Origin: Leptospira sp.
Lineage (GTDB): Bacteria > Spirochaetota > Leptospiria > Leptospirales > Leptospiraceae
Assembly: GCA_034439575.1 (NCBI GenBank)
Contig: JAWXAQ010000002.1
Span: 64,001 to 128,000 of the forward strand
Length of the DNA stretch: 64,000 bases
Direction of reading: 5' to 3'
Part shown: positions 49,436 to 58,188 of the stretch, in pieces
Numbering within the stretch: the first letter of the stretch is position 1
Layout: each line of letters begins with the position of its first letter
The notes under the pieces: generated by a model
What the model was told of the DNA's origin: nothing
Seen by the model: the letters and a program-made list of their open reading frames with translations, nothing else
The model's database searches: none
Translations under genes and position numbers: made by a program

Positions 49436-51504
49436 TGGTATTGCCTTTCCTCTTACAGCCGATAGGTTCACTGAAAGGAATTGGGCCTAAGCGACTTGAA
49501 ACCCTCAAATCAAATGGAATTTTTACTTATTTGGATTTATTAACAACATATCCAAGACGGTATTTAGATCGAAATTTCACTAAGGATATAATACTAAAGC
49601 AAGGCGAAGTCGTCACCTTGCTCGGTTCTATCTCTGATAGTTATCTCATTCACGGGAAAAAAAGTCGTTTAATGGTTGGTTTTCGAACGCATAACAATGA
49701 ACGAATCAATTTAGTTTTTTTCCGAGGTGTTAATTTTTTTCATAAATTATTTAAAACCGAATCTAAGGTGGTCATTTCTGGAAAATTAGACTATTTTAAA
49801 GGGTACCAAATCGTTCATCCAGAGTATGAATTTATTAGTGATGGTCACGAAGAAGAGGGGAATTTTTTACACACAGGGCGCATCATTCCCCTTTACCCTT
49901 CCAATGAAGCTTTGAAAGAGGATGGATTAGATTCTAGAGGATTTCGTAAATTGATACATTCCATTTTGGAAATGGAAACGATTTCTGAAAATTTGCCAGC
50001 CAAATTGGTAAAATCAAGAAATCTACTTCCGAGGGACGAAGCATTTCGAAAGATTCATTTTCCAGAAAACTTAGATGAAGTGGAAGTATCACGAAGAAGA
50101 TTCGCCTACGAAGAGTTATACTATTTTCAGTTACTTCTCCAATACAAACAAACGCAAAGAGAAAAAATCAAACGTTTGCTTTGGCCGATTCCAAATTCCC
50201 CAAGTGTCACATCGCTACTAAAGTCCTTACCATTTCAATTAACAGAGGATCAAAAATCGGCAGTAAAAAAAGTTATAGAGTTGGCAAAAAAAGACGTACC
50301 TCTCGCAGTACTGATGCAAGGTGACGTAGGTTCTGGAAAAACCATTACAGCTTTACTTATCGCACTTCACTATATTGATAATAATATTCAGGTAGTTTTT
50401 CTTGCCCCTACGGAAATTTTGGCTCGGCAACATTATGAAACGATATATAAATTTTTAGGAAATATGCCTTTTTTGGGTATAGATTTATTGTTAGGTGGCG
50501 AAAACAAAAAAATAAGATCGGAAAAATTATTACGAATTAAAAATGGCGAATCTTCTTTGGTTGTGGGAACTCATTCTCTTTTCCAAGATGATATTATTTT
50601 TTCCGACCTTGGACTTGTGGTCATTGACGAACAACACAAGTTTGGTGTTGACCAAAGAGAAAATATTCGTTCCAAAGGAAAAAATCCTGATATACTTGCC
50701 ATGACTGCCACACCCATTCCGAGAACCTTATGTTTAACGTTATACGGTGACTTGGATTTAATCAATATTAAAACAAAACCTGCTGGTCGAAAACCGATTG
50801 ATACTCGTTGGTATAAAGAAGATAGGCGTTCAGGTGTTTATAATTCTATCAGAAAATATATCAAAGATGGTCGGCAGTGTTATATTGTTTATCCATTGGT
50901 TGAAGATTCAGAAAAAGTAGATTTGGAATCTTGTACAAATGCATACGAAATATTAAGCAAAGAAATTTTTCCTGAGTTTAAAGTCGGCCTTTTACATGGA
51001 AAGATGAAAAGTGCTGAGAAAGAAACTATAATGTCTTCATACAAACAAAATAAAATTCAAATACTAGTTACTACAACAGTTGTCGAAGTGGGCGTTGATG
51101 TGCCGAACGCAACGATACTAGTCGTTGAACACGCGGATCGATTTGGCCTTTCCCAATTACACCAATTACGTGGTCGAGTAGGTAGAAGTGATATAGAAAG
51201 TTATTGTATTTTAATGACAGGAGAATTTGTCAGCGAGGATGCCAAAGAAAGATTAGAGGCACTTACAAAATCAAATGATGGTTATGAATTGGCAGAAAAA
51301 GATTTAGCGATCCGTGGGCCAGGGGAAATTTTGGGTGTCAAACAAAGTGGATTGCCTGAATTCAAATTAGCAAATTTAGTTACGGACAAAGATCTTTTAG
51401 AAGGAGCCAAAGAAGATGCCAAAAAATATTCGTCTGGCGATGAAATTGAAAAATCTGAAATTGCAGCAAGGTACAACGAAGGTAAATTTTTATTTGCGAA
51501 TTGA
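49435..51504 (+). CDS. recG: ATP-dependent DNA helicase RecG
   Basis: QGDVGSGKT, DEQH, MTATPIPRT, TTVVEVGVDVPNA, QLHQLRGRVGR, RGPGE. Confidence 0.97.
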   Translation: MVLPFLLQPIGSLKGIGPKRLETLKSNGIFTYLDLLTTYPRRYLDRNFTKDIILKQGEVVTLLGSISDSYLIHGKKSRLMVGFRTHNNERINLVFFRGVNFFHKLFKTESKVVISGKLDYFKGYQIVHPEYEFISDGHEEEGNFLHTGRIIPLYPSNEALKEDGLDSRGFRKLIHSILEMETISENLPAKLVKSRNLLPRDEAFRKIHFPENLDEVEVSRRRFAYEELYYFQLLLQYKQTQREKIKRLLWPIPNSPSVTSLLKSLPFQLTEDQKSAVKKVIELAKKDVPLAVLMQGDVGSGKTITALLIALHYIDNNIQVVFLAPTEILARQHYETIYKFLGNMPFLGIDLLLGGENKKIRSEKLLRIKNGESSLVVGTHSLFQDDIIFSDLGLVVIDEQHKFGVDQRENIRSKGKNPDILAMTATPIPRTLCLTLYGDLDLINIKTKPAGRKPIDTRWYKEDRRSGVYNSIRKYIKDGRQCYIVYPLVEDSEKVDLESCTNAYEILSKEIFPEFKVGLLHGKMKSAEKETIMSSYKQNKIQILVTTTVVEVGVDVPNATILVVEHADRFGLSQLHQLRGRVGRSDIESYCILMTGEFVSEDAKERLEALTKSNDGYELAEKDLAIRGPGEILGVKQSGLPEFKLANLVTDKDLLEGAKEDAKKYSSGDEIEKSEIAARYNEGKFLFAN

Positions 51505-51542
51505 CGAATCATTGTTAAGTACGATGTTTTCCTATAAACACT

Positions 51543-52331
51543 ATGAAAACGTATTTTGCTTTTATTTTGATTATATTTTTGCTTGTATGCGGAAATCCAC
51601 CTGCAGACACACAATCTAAAAAAGATTCGAATTTATTTTTAGGTTTAAACAAAGAAGCTTATTTAACCGGGCGATTCAATGCGAATGATGTCCTCTTGCC
51701 TGTGGCATTAGAAGAAAATACAAAAGATCATTTTTTGCGTCCAGATGTAAAGGTAGCTTTACTCAAGATGATAAACGCCTTTGAAGAATCAAAACCTTCT
51801 ACGTATAAACAACAAATTTTTCTGGTCTCCTCTTTTCGAAATTTTAACCAACAAAAAGGAATATGGGAATCAAAATATACTGGCAAAAAAGTTATGCGAG
51901 AACCTATCGCAGATAAGTCGCCCGAACAAATCGTTTCATTGATTTTGGAATTTTCGAGTGCACCTGGTACATCAAGACATCATTGGGGAACAGATTTTGA
52001 TTTAAATGCATTGGATAATGCCTATTTTCAAAGCAACGGTAAAGGCAAAATCCTTTATGAATGGTTAAAAGCCAATGCTGGCCAATACGGTTTTTGTCAA
52101 CCTTACAACGAATTGGCGAAACGTGGAGGAAAAGGGTACCAAGAAGAAAAATGGCACTGGTCTTATGCTCCAATTTCCCAGGCACTTCAAAATGAATGGA
52201 TAAATCTATACAAAACCAACAAAATCCAATTAAAAGGAAGTTTTATTGGCGCCGATGTACTTGGAGAATCTGCTTTAACATACGTTAGTTCAATAAACTC
52301 TGATTGCAATACTATTGCGAATCAACGATAA
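51543..52331 (+). CDS. M15B (VanY-like) D-Ala-D-Ala carboxypeptidase lipoprotein
   Basis: SSFR...Q, SAPGTSRHHWGTDFD, E.WHW; lipobox LLVC. Confidence 0.88.
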   Translation: MKTYFAFILIIFLLVCGNPPADTQSKKDSNLFLGLNKEAYLTGRFNANDVLLPVALEENTKDHFLRPDVKVALLKMINAFEESKPSTYKQQIFLVSSFRNFNQQKGIWESKYTGKKVMREPIADKSPEQIVSLILEFSSAPGTSRHHWGTDFDLNALDNAYFQSNGKGKILYEWLKANAGQYGFCQPYNELAKRGGKGYQEEKWHWSYAPISQALQNEWINLYKTNKIQLKGSFIGADVLGESALTYVSSINSDCNTIANQR

Positions 52332-52333
52332 TT

Positions 52334-53302
52334 TTAAAGAGAACGATACAGTTCCCACATAGTATTGATTAGGCTACTCGCATCACTATGAATTGGTTTC
52401 CAAGCTAGTAGTGATTTGGCTTTTGCTGAGGAGGCAAGTAGTTTCGCAGGATCACCAGGTCTTCGTCCTACAATTTTATGAGGAATGGGTTTTTTAACAA
52501 TCGTTAATGCAAGATCAGTCATTTCCTTTACTGAATATCCATTTTCCGATCCCAAATTGACCGTTAAACTTTGATTTGTCTCCATGATCTTATTTAAAGC
52601 TAAAACGTGGGCTCGAGCTAGATCCGTTACATGAATGTAGTCACGTACGCAAGTTCCATCAGGCGTATCATAATCTTCGCCATAAATTTCAAAACCAGGA
52701 CGGATGCCAGATGCGACTTCCATAATGATAGGAAGTAAATTTGCAGGAGTTTTTTCTATTCCACGGATGCGTCCTTTTGGATCATAACCCGCTGCATTAA
52801 AGTATCTTAGACATGCAGATTTAACACCTTTTAGTTGATCATACCATCGTAGGTTTTCTTCGATCGCGAGTTTTGTGTATCCATAATAATTTTCAGGATT
52901 AGTCGGATGGTTTTCATCTATAGGTAGATATTTCGGAGCACCATACACTGCAGCAGACGAAGAAAATACAATGTATTGGCAATTATTTTGGAGCATTGCC
53001 TGTAAGAGTATGAAAGTTCCATTCAAATTATTGATCGTATATTTCATAGGGTCAGTCATCGATTCACCTGCAGCTTTCCATGCGGCAAAATGAAATACGG
53101 CATCAATGCGTTTAGAAAAAATTTGTTTTAAGACTGCTGGGTCTTGGATGCGACCTTTTATAAATTCATTTTGAGGAAATAAGTTTGCCTCATTTCCTTT
53201 CTCCATGTCATCTACAACCAAGATGGAATGCCCAAGTTCCATCAATTCCAATACGATGTGGCTACCGATATAGCCCGCACCGCCTGTAACGAGAACTCTC
53301 AT
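52334..53302 (-). CDS. galE: UDP-glucose 4-epimerase
   Basis: VTGGAGYIGSH, SSSAAVYG, Y..TK, LRYFN, DGTCVRDYIHV. Confidence 0.95.
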   Translation of the reverse strand: MRVLVTGGAGYIGSHIVLELMELGHSILVVDDMEKGNEANLFPQNEFIKGRIQDPAVLKQIFSKRIDAVFHFAAWKAAGESMTDPMKYTINNLNGTFILLQAMLQNNCQYIVFSSSAAVYGAPKYLPIDENHPTNPENYYGYTKLAIEENLRWYDQLKGVKSACLRYFNAAGYDPKGRIRGIEKTPANLLPIIMEVASGIRPGFEIYGEDYDTPDGTCVRDYIHVTDLARAHVLALNKIMETNQSLTVNLGSENGYSVKEMTDLALTIVKKPIPHKIVGRRPGDPAKLLASSAKAKSLLAWKPIHSDASSLINTMWELYRSL

Positions 53303-54102
53303 TCGTCGCCGCTACCACCGATGGTTCTATGGTCTGTGACACCTCGTTTGCTGTTTTTGAAAAAGTCCATAAGGAATCGAACTTCCGGAATTATGTTTTG
53401 ATCTTTTTCTAGTTCGGCAAGCGCTTGTGAGGTGTTGAATCCGCTATTGTAAATGATTTTGTATGCTCGTTTAATTGCTGTTCGTGTGTCTCCGTTAAAG
53501 CCATTTCGTTTCAATCCGACAGAATTTAGTCCAATCACAGAAGCAGGATTTCCATCGACAGTGCTATAAGGAGGAATATCTTTAACGACTTTGGCAAGCC
53601 CTGCAACCATGGCATAATCGCCAACATGAACAAATTGGTGAATGCCTGTTAGTCCAGAGACAAATATTTTATTTCCCATAACAACGTGGCCTGCAATCAT
53701 ACTGTTCTGCACCATGATATTGTTATCCCCAACGATACAATCATGTGCAATATGGATATTGCCCATAAAGAAGTTATGGTTTCCAATTTTTGTAGATCCG
53801 CCCTCTTTGGTGGCTCTATGAAAAATACAATTTTCTTTCAAAGTATTGTGGTCTCCCAATTCCAAAAAAGTGGGAGTTTCGGTTTTAAAACCCAAGTCCT
53901 GAGGGACACCGCTAAAGGTAACCCCTGAACTGAATTTATTGAATTTTCCGATACGTGCGCCGTTTAAAATGCGAGAATGGGATTCAATTTTGGTTCCCTC
54001 ACCGATAATGACGTCTTTTTCGATAATACAAAAGGGACCGACTTCGACAGATTCGTGGAGTTCTGCCTTGGGATCAATGATTGCTGTTGGATGAATCTTC
54101 AT
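53299..54102 (-). CDS. lpxA: Acyl-ACP:UDP-GlcNAc(3N) acyltransferase
   Basis: Hexapeptide repeats; PQDL, HIAHDC, GH, HQF; N-terminus MKIHPTAIIDPKAELHESVEVGP as in Leptospira LpxA. Confidence 0.95.
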   Translation of the reverse strand: MKIHPTAIIDPKAELHESVEVGPFCIIEKDVIIGEGTKIESHSRILNGARIGKFNKFSSGVTFSGVPQDLGFKTETPTFLELGDHNTLKENCIFHRATKEGGSTKIGNHNFFMGNIHIAHDCIVGDNNIMVQNSMIAGHVVMGNKIFVSGLTGIHQFVHVGDYAMVAGLAKVVKDIPPYSTVDGNPASVIGLNSVGLKRNGFNGDTRTAIKRAYKIIYNSGFNTSQALAELEKDQNIIPEVRFLMDFFKNSKRGVTDHRTIGGSGDE

Positions 54103-54209
54103 GGTTTAGAATCAAAAAAAACTGCCATTGGACCTCATGCAATAGATTTTTTAAAAAGTAATTTACATGATTGTTTCAGAGCTTTCTTTTTAGATTACTT
54201 GGAGCCACA

Positions 54210-54557
54210 ATGAATATTGATTGGTCTAGAATTGAATCTCTTGTAGATATAAATGATCCTGATGACCTCGCATGGCTAAAAGATATGATCATTTCTTTGT
54301 TGGAAAATATGACGGTCCGTATCCAAAATATGGAAAACTTTATGCAAACAAAGGAACAAAAAGACCTGCAATCAGAGCTCCATCAAATCAAAGGAGTCGC
54401 CGCCAATTTTGGATTGTCCGCCCTTTCAAAAATCGTAATTGATGCGGAAGCAAAAGCGAAAGCCGGTGAAATCGATGCTTCTATTGAACTATCAAAACAG
54501 ATCTCTCCGATTTGGGATGTCACAAAGAAAGAACTTCAGACTCGGTTTGGTAGTTAA
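54210..54557 (+). CDS. Stand-alone Hpt phosphotransfer protein
   Basis: LHQIKGVAANFG Hpt motif; SD GGAG before the ATG at 54210. Confidence 0.88.
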   Translation: MNIDWSRIESLVDINDPDDLAWLKDMIISLLENMTVRIQNMENFMQTKEQKDLQSELHQIKGVAANFGLSALSKIVIDAEAKAKAGEIDASIELSKQISPIWDVTKKELQTRFGS

Positions 54558-54584
54558 GCGGATTTTGTTAAATGACCGCCTATA

Positions 54585-55802
54585 TTAGTTATGTGAAGTA
54601 AGAGTATTAACATTTGGGTTTTTGCTCAATAGGATTGCAGAAATCATTAAAATTATAGCGCAGAAGACACCGAGGACATCAGGAAGTCCGAAATCAAGTG
54701 CAATAAAACCGAATAGTGAACCAACGGCAGCACCTATGTCACTGATCATTAAGTATTTGGCTAATATATTTGTATTAAAACTTAAATTTGAATAATCCAC
54801 AACTTTGGCATTGATATCTGTTAATACCATAATGGATGCGATAAGCATTAATAAAATTGTTATGAACCAAATCAAAGAAGGCAAATTAATGCTAAGAATA
54901 ATTAAAAATAGTATGGCAGATATAGAAAGTGCCACCATTAACAATTTCAGTTTATCTTCTGCTTGGTCAATTCGACTCCCAATCCAAGGAGAAACAAAAG
55001 GTTCCAATGCCCACCTTGTAGCGAGTAAAAATGATGTGAGACTCGCTGACCCTAATCCCCAGAAAAGACCTCCACTAGTAATAATTCGTTCATTTACCCA
55101 ATGAGCTAACATCGATTTCAATAATCCTTGGAATACAATAGCAGTAAAAAAACTTACCGTAAATATAATTAGCAATCCATGCGTTTTTTTACCTAAGGAA
55201 ATTGAGACTTCTATGGATTTTACTATGTAAACGGGATCGTGTTTTTTTCTTTGAAAATGATTTATTATAAGAATTGAATTCGCAGTTAAGGCTATAAGTG
55301 AAAAAATAATAAGTATAATGTGTACTCCATAAATTTCAGAGAATACTCCACCGATTAACATACCTATAACATTGCCAATTGCTGAATAACCATTATAAAT
55401 TCCTGTTAGTTTCCCCGCTTTATTTTTATGAACGTTTGTTGCTTCGATGATCATTAGCTGGCCTGCTTGTTTTAAAAAAGCCCAAGATATTCCCCATAGA
55501 ATTCTTGCTAAGAATAAGTAAAAAAATCCATTTAATAATCCACAGGCGGCAGTCGAAATGAATGTTAATGTTAAACCAATTCCGAAACCAATTTCCAATG
55601 GATATTTAAAATAAAATTTTTCTACAAAAGGATGGATCGGTATTCGGATGATTCTATTCACAGATAACAACGCACCTACTTGCCATAAATCAGTCAGACC
55701 GAATTCTTTATAATATATAGGCATCACTATATATAACATAGAATCCCCGAATAGAGATACGGCAGTTAGCTGTCCAATCAAACGAACTTTTTTAAACTCC
55801 AC
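54585..55802 (-). CDS. MFS transporter
   Basis: About 12 hydrophobic helices; GDSMLY.VMP, G.LLSVNR..R, R..WG..W; GTG start overlaps the oxidoreductase stop. Confidence 0.85.
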   Translation of the reverse strand: MEFKKVRLIGQLTAVSLFGDSMLYIVMPIYYKEFGLTDLWQVGALLSVNRIIRIPIHPFVEKFYFKYPLEIGFGIGLTLTFISTAACGLLNGFFYLFLARILWGISWAFLKQAGQLMIIEATNVHKNKAGKLTGIYNGYSAIGNVIGMLIGGVFSEIYGVHIILIIFSLIALTANSILIINHFQRKKHDPVYIVKSIEVSISLGKKTHGLLIIFTVSFFTAIVFQGLLKSMLAHWVNERIITSGGLFWGLGSASLTSFLLATRWALEPFVSPWIGSRIDQAEDKLKLLMVALSISAILFLIILSINLPSLIWFITILLMLIASIMVLTDINAKVVDYSNLSFNTNILAKYLMISDIGAAVGSLFGFIALDFGLPDVLGVFCAIILMISAILLSKNPNVNTLTSHN

Positions 55803-57042
55803 AAACGCCAGTTTCTGGAAGATATAATTCTACTCTTCTAGCGGCCTCCCAGTCATTATCAAGTGCCGCGACGATACTTCTGACTTGTTCATATCCTGTT
55901 GCCATTAGAAATGTTGGTGCACGTCCGTAGCTTTTTGCTCCGACAATATAAAAATTTGGTTCAGGTTGTCGTAATTCCAGTTCCCCGTGAGCCCTTACTG
56001 TTCCACAACTATGTACATTCGGATCGATAAGAGTTGTTAATTCAGGAACACATTCAAGTGCAGGATCGGTGAAGTATCTTAATTCTCTGAGAAAGGAAAA
56101 ATCAGGTCGCGATCCTGTGTTGACAATTATCTTATCTACATTAGTAATCGTGTGATTTTGTAGTTCGTTAAATCCTTTAATTTCAATTTTAAAATTCTTT
56201 TTTTCGAAACTGATAATTCGAAAAGGATTAAAAACTGTAACTTGTCCAGATTGAACTAAATTATGAACATTTAATCCTAAACTACCTCTTTCAGGAAGTG
56301 CGTCATTTAATCCTCCACCTAATAATTTTTTATCGTAGTTGCGTCTTAAAATCCAAAGAATTGATGTATTAGGATATAAAGTTTTTAGCTTTTGTAATTC
56401 TAAAATTGAATGAATTGCTGAATGACCACTTCCGACTACAGCGACAGATTTATTACCAAATTCAATTTCTATATTCTTATGAGAAAAATTAGGGATATTA
56501 TAATGGAAATGTTCATATAGTTGTTTTTCACCTAATGCAAAATCACCGCTAGACCCAGCAGGGTTTGGATTTCCCCAAGTTCCAGTTGCGTCAATAATGG
56601 CTCCTGCAAATAGTCGTTTAACTTTTCCATGCTGAATATATTCGATTTCGAAGGGAAAAGATTCTCTTCCTGCCGTTTTTCCTTTGTCGATGCCAAATCG
56701 ATGAATCGCAGTCACCGTACTATTTAAATGTAAAAATGGTTTAATTATAGGCAAGTTTGAAAGTGGGCGTAAATATTTTTGAATAAACTCACCTCCCGTA
56801 GGTAATTCAAAGGAGTTAGGTGCAATCCAATTATACTCTGTTAATAAATCCTTTGCATCTTTATCAATATTGTATTCCCAAGGAGAAAACATTTTTACAT
56901 TCTCCCATTTTGATAAATGATGACCGACATCATTTCCTTTTTCCAAAATGATAAACGATTTATTTCTATGAACTAATTGGGCCGCTGCTGCCATCCCAAC
57001 TGGCCCTGCTCCGATAATTGCTGTTGGTAACCAAGAACTCAT
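55792..57042 (-). CDS. Flavin-dependent oxidoreductase/monooxygenase of the arsenic-operon-associated (ArsV/ArsO-like) family
   Basis: IIGAGPVG, MFSPW, DATGTW..PNP, VGSGHSA, LP.RG.LG, IDPNVHSCGTV..HG, KSYGRAPTFLMATGYEQVRS, LPETGVC; SD AAGGAG. Confidence 0.8.
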   Translation of the reverse strand: MSSWLPTAIIGAGPVGMAAAAQLVHRNKSFIILEKGNDVGHHLSKWENVKMFSPWEYNIDKDAKDLLTEYNWIAPNSFELPTGGEFIQKYLRPLSNLPIIKPFLHLNSTVTAIHRFGIDKGKTAGRESFPFEIEYIQHGKVKRLFAGAIIDATGTWGNPNPAGSSGDFALGEKQLYEHFHYNIPNFSHKNIEIEFGNKSVAVVGSGHSAIHSILELQKLKTLYPNTSILWILRRNYDKKLLGGGLNDALPERGSLGLNVHNLVQSGQVTVFNPFRIISFEKKNFKIEIKGFNELQNHTITNVDKIIVNTGSRPDFSFLRELRYFTDPALECVPELTTLIDPNVHSCGTVRAHGELELRQPEPNFYIVGAKSYGRAPTFLMATGYEQVRSIVAALDNDWEAARRVELYLPETGVCGV

Positions 57043-57068
57043 TTGTGTCTCCTTTTGTTGAACCAAGA

Positions 57069-57096
57069 GACGCAAAACATTCCTGATGGATGCAAA
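57069..57096 (-). promoter_or_regulatory. Putative SigZ promoter for the oxidoreductase-MFS operon
   Basis: Minus strand TTTGCATC-catcaggaatgttttg(16)-CGTC. Confidence 0.7.
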
Positions 57097-57103
57097 TTAA
57101 ATT

Positions 57104-57131
57104 TTTGCATCTTTTTATTTCTTGAATCGTC
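57104..57131 (+). promoter_or_regulatory. Putative SigZ autoregulatory promoter
   Basis: TTTGCATC-tttttatttcttgaat(16)-CGTC. Confidence 0.7.
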
Positions 57132-57168
57132 TTGTAATTTTACATCTGATTAGTATGGAGAGTTAAGA

Positions 57169-57735
57169 ATGGATAAAGAGATGAAGAGCCTTTGGAATGA
57201 ATTTCAATTACCTCTGATTAGATTTGTATCCAAAAGAATCAATCAACAGGAGGATGTAGAGGATCTCGTTCAAAATATTTTTTTAAAAATTACGAATCAC
57301 ATACAAGAACTGAAAGATACCGAAAAATTACAATCATGGATCTACCAAATTGCGAGAAATGCAATTATTGATTATTATCGAAAAGATAAATCGTATTTAG
57401 AACTGCCAGAAAATTTACCTTCTACCGTAGAACCCGTAGAACAAAGCATATACGAGGAAATCTCGGATTGTATTCGACCATTAATTAATAATTTACCTGA
57501 AAAATACAAATGGGCTTTAGAATATACTGAATTGAACGGGCATTCTCAAAGGAAATTGAGCGATGAGTTGGGGATTTCTATTTCAGGCGCAAAATCTAGA
57601 GTACAACGTGGGAGAGAAAAATTAAAATCTTTATTAATCTCATCTTGCAAACTTCAGACAGATGCAAAAGGAACCGTCATAAGTTCAATTTATACCCAAG
57701 AAAACGCAAATAAAAAATCGTTTGACTGCTGCTAA
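57169..57735 (+). CDS. sigZ: ECF RNA polymerase sigma factor, SigZ type, with C-terminal cysteines
   Basis: EDLVQ.IFLK, SWIYQIARN.IIDYYRK, C..PLI..LP.KY, G.SQ..L...LGISISGAKSRVQRGR.KLK; ends in DCC. Confidence 0.9.
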   Translation: MDKEMKSLWNEFQLPLIRFVSKRINQQEDVEDLVQNIFLKITNHIQELKDTEKLQSWIYQIARNAIIDYYRKDKSYLELPENLPSTVEPVEQSIYEEISDCIRPLINNLPEKYKWALEYTELNGHSQRKLSDELGISISGAKSRVQRGREKLKSLLISSCKLQTDAKGTVISSIYTQENANKKSFDCC

Positions 57736-57741
57736 AATAAA

Positions 57742-57769
57742 TTTGCATCCATTTGTTTCGTTTTACGTC
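57742..57769 (+). promoter_or_regulatory. Putative SigZ promoter for the Cys-rich peptide gene
   Basis: TTTGCATC-catttgtttcgtttta(16)-CGTC. Confidence 0.7.
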
Positions 57770-57806
57770 CACAAGATCGTTAACAACTATTAAGGAGTTT
57801 AATAAT

Positions 57807-57989
57807 ATGAATCAAGTTAATGATATGAATGAGATGGTTTCAGAGGGTTGTTGTGGATATCCTGTTTACCCTGGAATTGAAGATTGTTGTCGAGCAGATA
57901 TAAAAATTGAAAAGAAGGAATCTATCTCTTGCGGATGTGGGCCTGTCGAAGAGTCTACATCACCAAAAAAATCCACTTCTTGTTGTTAG
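57807..57989 (+). CDS. 60-aa Cys-rich, metallothionein-like peptide
   Basis: SD AAGGAG before the ATG at 57807; MNQVNDMNEMVSEGCCGYPVYPGIEDCCRADIKIEKKESISCGCGPVEESTSPKKSTSCC (8 Cys). Confidence 0.7.
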   Translation: MNQVNDMNEMVSEGCCGYPVYPGIEDCCRADIKIEKKESISCGCGPVEESTSPKKSTSCC

Positions 57990-58188
57990 TTTATATTTTA
58001 TGGATTAATCTAAAGGCAGGATAAACAAGAAGATCCTTGGTCATTTCAGATATAATGATTCATTATCCTGTCTTCTGAAAAATCTAAATATAAAAATACC
58101 TCACAAACAAATTTAATTCCAATCATTGCATTTTTTAGTTTATGAAGATAAACAAAAGTGGATTATGCATCCGTCTAATCATTAAATT

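Noticed and set aside
54558-58100. IS or transposon boundaries around the SigZ cassette
   Set aside because: No transposase, integrase, terminal inverted repeats or target duplication was recognised.
58166-58175. TGCATCCGTC upstream of the adenylate cyclase as a fourth SigZ promoter
   Set aside because: The two boxes are adjacent, with no 16-nt spacer.
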